Part shown: positions 6,382 through 8,633 of the stretch, in pieces | Position numbering within the stretch: the stretch's first letter is position 1 | How the letters are laid out: every line of letters starts with the position of its first letter | IMG/VR virus record: IMGVR_UViG_2541047745_000004 | Coordinates: 1 to 8,633 of that record | Source of the DNA: a virus | Lineage: Duplodnaviria > Heunggongvirae > Uroviricota > Caudoviricetes | DNA: 8,633 bases | Strand: one strand, 5' to 3' | Translations under genes and position numbers: made by a program | Notes under the pieces: model-generated | Seen by the model: only the letters and a program-made list of their open reading frames with translations | Database searches by the model: none | Told to the model about the DNA's origin: nothing

Positions 6382-6555
6382 GTTGCTAACGAATCATCCT
6401 GGACTTCATATGCCCCAGGCGGCTACTTCGTGGTCGTCCTGACTGTTCGTTTTTGACATTTACTGACCGCTTACGACACATGCACCATGCACCGTGTTGC
6501 AACCAGATTTTGTTGTAATCCTGTAGTTGGTCTGGAACAAAAGATAAAATTAAAA

Positions 6556-6592
6556 TGCGAGATGTGCAAGCAATATTTTGCGAGATGTGCAA
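6556..6592. promoter_or_regulatory. oL-like operator pair (tandem direct repeats) with candidate pL
   Basis: Perfect 14-bp direct repeat TGCGAGATGTGCAA at 6556-6569 and 6579-6592, sharing 11 of 14 positions with TGCGTGATAAGCAA at 7361-7374 in the cI/cro intergenic region. Candidate leftward promoter on the minus strand: -35 TTGCAC (6564-6569), 17-bp spacer, -10 TATCTT (6541-6546). Promoter assignment is tentative. Confidence 0.5.
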
Positions 6593-6605
6593 AATGATGG
6601 GTGAT

Positions 6606-6626
6606 AAAAAGCCACCTTTCGGTGGC
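6606..6626 (-). terminator. rho-independent terminator downstream of cI
   Basis: Minus-strand RNA forms GCCACC-GAAA-GGUGGC (6-bp GC stem, GNRA-type loop; plus 6611-6626) followed by UUUUU (plus A run 6606-6610), 20 nt after the cI stop. Confidence 0.6.
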
Positions 6627-6646
6627 CGATGGATGGGATATTGAAG

Positions 6647-7339
6647 TTAATTATGTCTCTTAAGGGTTTGCGACTGACTGATTAAGACCTTTCCAAAGAC
6701 CATGAATCGGTGTTCGTTTTCGCTAGTAATTCCCCATTCACGGTAAATCTGGTTATCAGAAATCACCAGCAGTTTGTCAGGAATCATTTGAAGTCTTTTA
6801 ACGTATATTTTGTCATCAAAACCAAAGACATATATACCATCACCATCAAACTGATTGATGCTGACATCAACGAAGATGAGATCTCCTGGCTCAATGGTTG
6901 GACACATACTGTCCCCACGAACGTTGATAACTTTGATGTGATTGGCTGGTCGTCCGCCGAACATTGATACAGCATTATCAGTTCTGTATTCGATGGCATG
7001 AATCACATCAATGACATCACCGCCCTGGATAAGGCCATTTCCCGCACTGGCACTGATATCCAGCATTTCAATACGGAACACATCCTTCACCTGCGCAACA
7101 TCCTCATCATTACTGTTTTTATATACAGTATTACTTTTGAGGGCAGAGGTAAAGAGATCAGCAATATCAACACCTAAGCTCTTGGCAATATTACTCAGTG
7201 TTTGTTCGGTAAATTGTTTCTGCTTACCCGTTTCTAAGCGCGAGATGTTCGCCGCATCTACTCCTATTGCTTCAGCGAGATCGGCGATTTTCATGTTCTT
7301 CGCTTGGCGAAGTTGTCTGACTCGGTTTCCTATGTTCAT
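6647..7339 (-). CDS. cI: CI-type prophage repressor (N-terminal XRE HTH, C-terminal S24 LexA-like autopeptidase)
   Basis: 230 aa. HTH ...IADLAEAIGVDAANISRLETGK.... Ala-Gly at SASAGNG as candidate autocleavage site. Catalytic Ser in RGDSMCP and Lys in YVKRLQ. Divergent from the cro-like gene. Confidence 0.85.
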   Translation of the reverse strand: MNIGNRVRQLRQAKNMKIADLAEAIGVDAANISRLETGKQKQFTEQTLSNIAKSLGVDIADLFTSALKSNTVYKNSNDEDVAQVKDVFRIEMLDISASAGNGLIQGGDVIDVIHAIEYRTDNAVSMFGGRPANHIKVINVRGDSMCPTIEPGDLIFVDVSINQFDGDGIYVFGFDDKIYVKRLQMIPDKLLVISDNQIYREWGITSENEHRFMVFGKVLISQSQTLKRHN

Positions 7340-7436
7340 GCGTTTATTACATTTCTTTATTGCGTGATAAGCAAATCAACTTGCGCAAAACACTTGCGTG
7401 AAATAACATGCATAACGCGCAATATTTGGAGGGTAT
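7340..7436. promoter_or_regulatory. divergent switch region (oR operators, pRM and pR)
   Basis: TTGCG half-sites at 7360, 7381 and 7394, with GCAA/CGCAA at 7371-7374, 7384-7388 and 7418-7422. Candidate pRM on the minus strand: -35 TTGCTT (7369-7374), 17-bp spacer, -10 TGTAAT (7346-7351), placing the start about at the cI ATG with no Shine-Dalgarno sequence (leaderless, as for lambda cI). Candidate pR: -35 TTGCGC (7381-7386), -10 TAACAT (7404-7409), weaker. Cro RBS GGAGGG at 7428-7433. Confidence 0.55.
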
Positions 7437-7697
7437 ATGCAATCACCATTACGAAATGTGCGTAAGGCGCATGGTTTCACTTTGCAGCATGTTGCTGCGG
7501 GTGTTCAAGTCAATCCAGCGACGTTGAGTCGTATTGAGAGGCTGGAACAGATTCCATCTATCGAGCTTGCAGAACGTTTAGCCAATTTTTTTAAGGGTGA
7601 AATCAGCGAAATGCAGATTCTTTATCCGGCACGTTTTCAATCTAGCCAAAACCAGAATGGGTTTAAACCACAGGAACAGGAGGTGAACCGTGGGTAA
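7437..7697 (+). CDS. Cro-like HTH regulator (86 aa)
   Basis: ATG 7437 after GGAGGG. HTH ...FTLQHVAAGVQVNPATLSRIER.... Divergent from cI. Overlaps the next gene by 8 nt. Confidence 0.65.
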   Translation: MQSPLRNVRKAHGFTLQHVAAGVQVNPATLSRIERLEQIPSIELAERLANFFKGEISEMQILYPARFQSSQNQNGFKPQEQEVNRG

Positions 7698-8241
7698 GCA
7701 TCACTGGAAAGTAGACAAACAGCCTGAGTGGTTCGTGAAAGCTGTCAGAAAAACTATCGCAGCGTTGCCTGGGGGTTACGCTGAAGCTGCTGACTGGCTG
7801 GATGTAACAGAGAACGCATTATTTAACCGCCTTCGTGCCGATGGCGATCAGATTTTCCCGCTGGGATGGGCAATGGTTTTACAGCGTGCTGCTGGCACTC
7901 ACTACATTGCGGATGCTGTCGCACAGTCTGCTGGTGGGGTGTTTGTATCGCTTCCTGAAATTGAGGAAGTAGAGAACGCAGATATAAACCAGCGCCTGCT
8001 GGAAGTCATCGAACAGATCGGGAGTTACTCAAAGCAGATTCGTTCGGCAATCGAAGATGGGGTAGTGGAGCCACACGAGCAGACAGCAATTAATGATGAG
8101 TTGTATCTGTCAATTTCGAAGCTCCAGGAGCATGCAGCACTGGTCTACAAAATCTTTTGCGCTCCAGAAAAGAGTGACGCCCGCGAGTGTGCAGCTCCGG
8201 GCGTCGTGGCGTTTTGTGTCTGTGGAGAAACTAACGCATGA
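7690..8241 (+). CDS. CII-like phage regulatory protein (CP76-family-like, tentative), 183 aa
   Basis: GTG 7690 with AGGAGG (7678-7683) 6 nt upstream. Position immediately after cro. Overall resemblance to phage regulatory CII (CP76) family proteins from memory; family assignment unverified. Confidence 0.55.
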   Translation: MGKHHWKVDKQPEWFVKAVRKTIAALPGGYAEAADWLDVTENALFNRLRADGDQIFPLGWAMVLQRAAGTHYIADAVAQSAGGVFVSLPEIEEVENADINQRLLEVIEQIGSYSKQIRSAIEDGVVEPHEQTAINDELYLSISKLQEHAALVYKIFCAPEKSDARECAAPGVVAFCVCGETNA

Positions 8242-8633
8242 ACAGTTTAACGGCAAATAACCGTTTGTCGCAACAGCTGGTGGTCAGCGTCGCTGAACAC
8301 CTGTTGTTACGGCATGAATGCAGATTACCAAATCACCTGGCTGTAAGTAACCACAGAGAACTTTACCTGACTGTGGGGGGCGAGTTGTGCAGGAACTTAA
8401 CCGCTGGTTTCGTGACGGAAGAGGACTTTATGTTCATGTTATTCGTTGGGAGCCAGAAACACAGCGCGTTATCTATCTTCGCAAAGACTACCCGCATGAG
8501 TGCTTTAGTCCTTTGTGGAAATTCAGGCGTGATTTTGTTGAGTGTGAAGGACCACCAGCACATTGATTCTGCCATTCCGGGACGTTACACTGTTCAGGCA
8601 CCTTATAAAGCGGGTGCCGGGATTGGCGTCCTG
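8238..8633 (+). CDS. hypothetical protein, open at window end; possibly frameshifted at a G6 tract (see findings)
   Basis: ATG 8238 overlaps the TGA of the CII-like gene (ATGA). The frame has no stop to position 8633, which is why the ORF track omits it. The first 47 codons look protein-like and the remainder looks less convincing. Product unknown. Confidence 0.45.
   Translation, partial: MNSLTANNRLSQQLVVSVAEHLLLRHECRLPNHLAVSNHRELYLTVGGELCRNLTAGFVTEEDFMFMLFVGSQKHSALSIFAKTTRMSALVLCGNSGVILLSVKDHQHIDSAIPGRYTVQAPYKAGAGIGVL

Noticed and set aside
6386-6592. 68-aa minus-strand ORF as an N-like gene
   Set aside because: It would start at a TTG inside the operator repeat, upstream of the predicted pL transcription start. 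Only the C-terminal 31-codon part is considered, and that is reported as a low-confidence finding.
6555-6644. 29-codon plus-strand micro-ORF (MRDVQAIFCEMCKMMGDKKPPFGGRWMGY)
   Set aside because: It is formed by the operator direct repeats and the cI terminator hairpin, and is antisense to the expected pL direction. It is most likely a by-product of regulatory sequence.
6710-7367. ORFs 6710..6967 (+), 6784..6999 (-) and 7011..7367 (+) overlapping the repressor gene
   Set aside because: The cI frame has clear HTH and S24 peptidase motifs. The overlapping frames show no motifs or start signals.
8363-8575. Minus-strand ORF 8363..8575 (70 aa)
   Set aside because: It is antisense to plus-strand coding sequence that is translationally coupled to the CII-like gene, and has no convincing RBS.
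1-8633. Transposase, IS element or integrase within the window
   Set aside because: No DDE or tyrosine recombinase-like ORF and no terminal inverted repeats flanking a transposase-sized ORF were seen. Integrase and the attachment site are presumably left of the window.

Overview
This window reads as the early/immunity region of a lambdoid-type temperate prophage from an enterobacterium, with gene content paralleling the E. coli CPS-53/KplE1 yfdP-yfdQ-yfdR cluster. All calls come from reading the sequence and recalling protein families; no database search or folding program was run. Right side (6647-8633): a divergent genetic switch with a CI-type repressor (HTH plus LexA-like S24 peptidase, minus strand), a Cro-like HTH gene and a CII-like regulator, then an ORF that runs off the window end. 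Left side (496-5350, minus strand): one tightly coupled early-left operon encoding a YfdP-like protein, YfdQ, an HD-domain YfdR, a 184-aa protein, an Ea22-like protein, a small acidic protein, a DUF551-type protein, a DnaQ-like exonuclease and a small PrtN/excisionase-like protein. Between and around these lie the elements worth a second look: a 470-bp GC-rich, ORF-free, densely self-complementary region (5351-5818); a secreted-protein moron convergent with cI (5819-6331); tandem operator repeats next to a 13-nt rrn-type boxA match on the leftward transcript; an AT-rich plus-strand ORF at the left edge; and a G6 tract joining two protein-like reading frames near the right edge.
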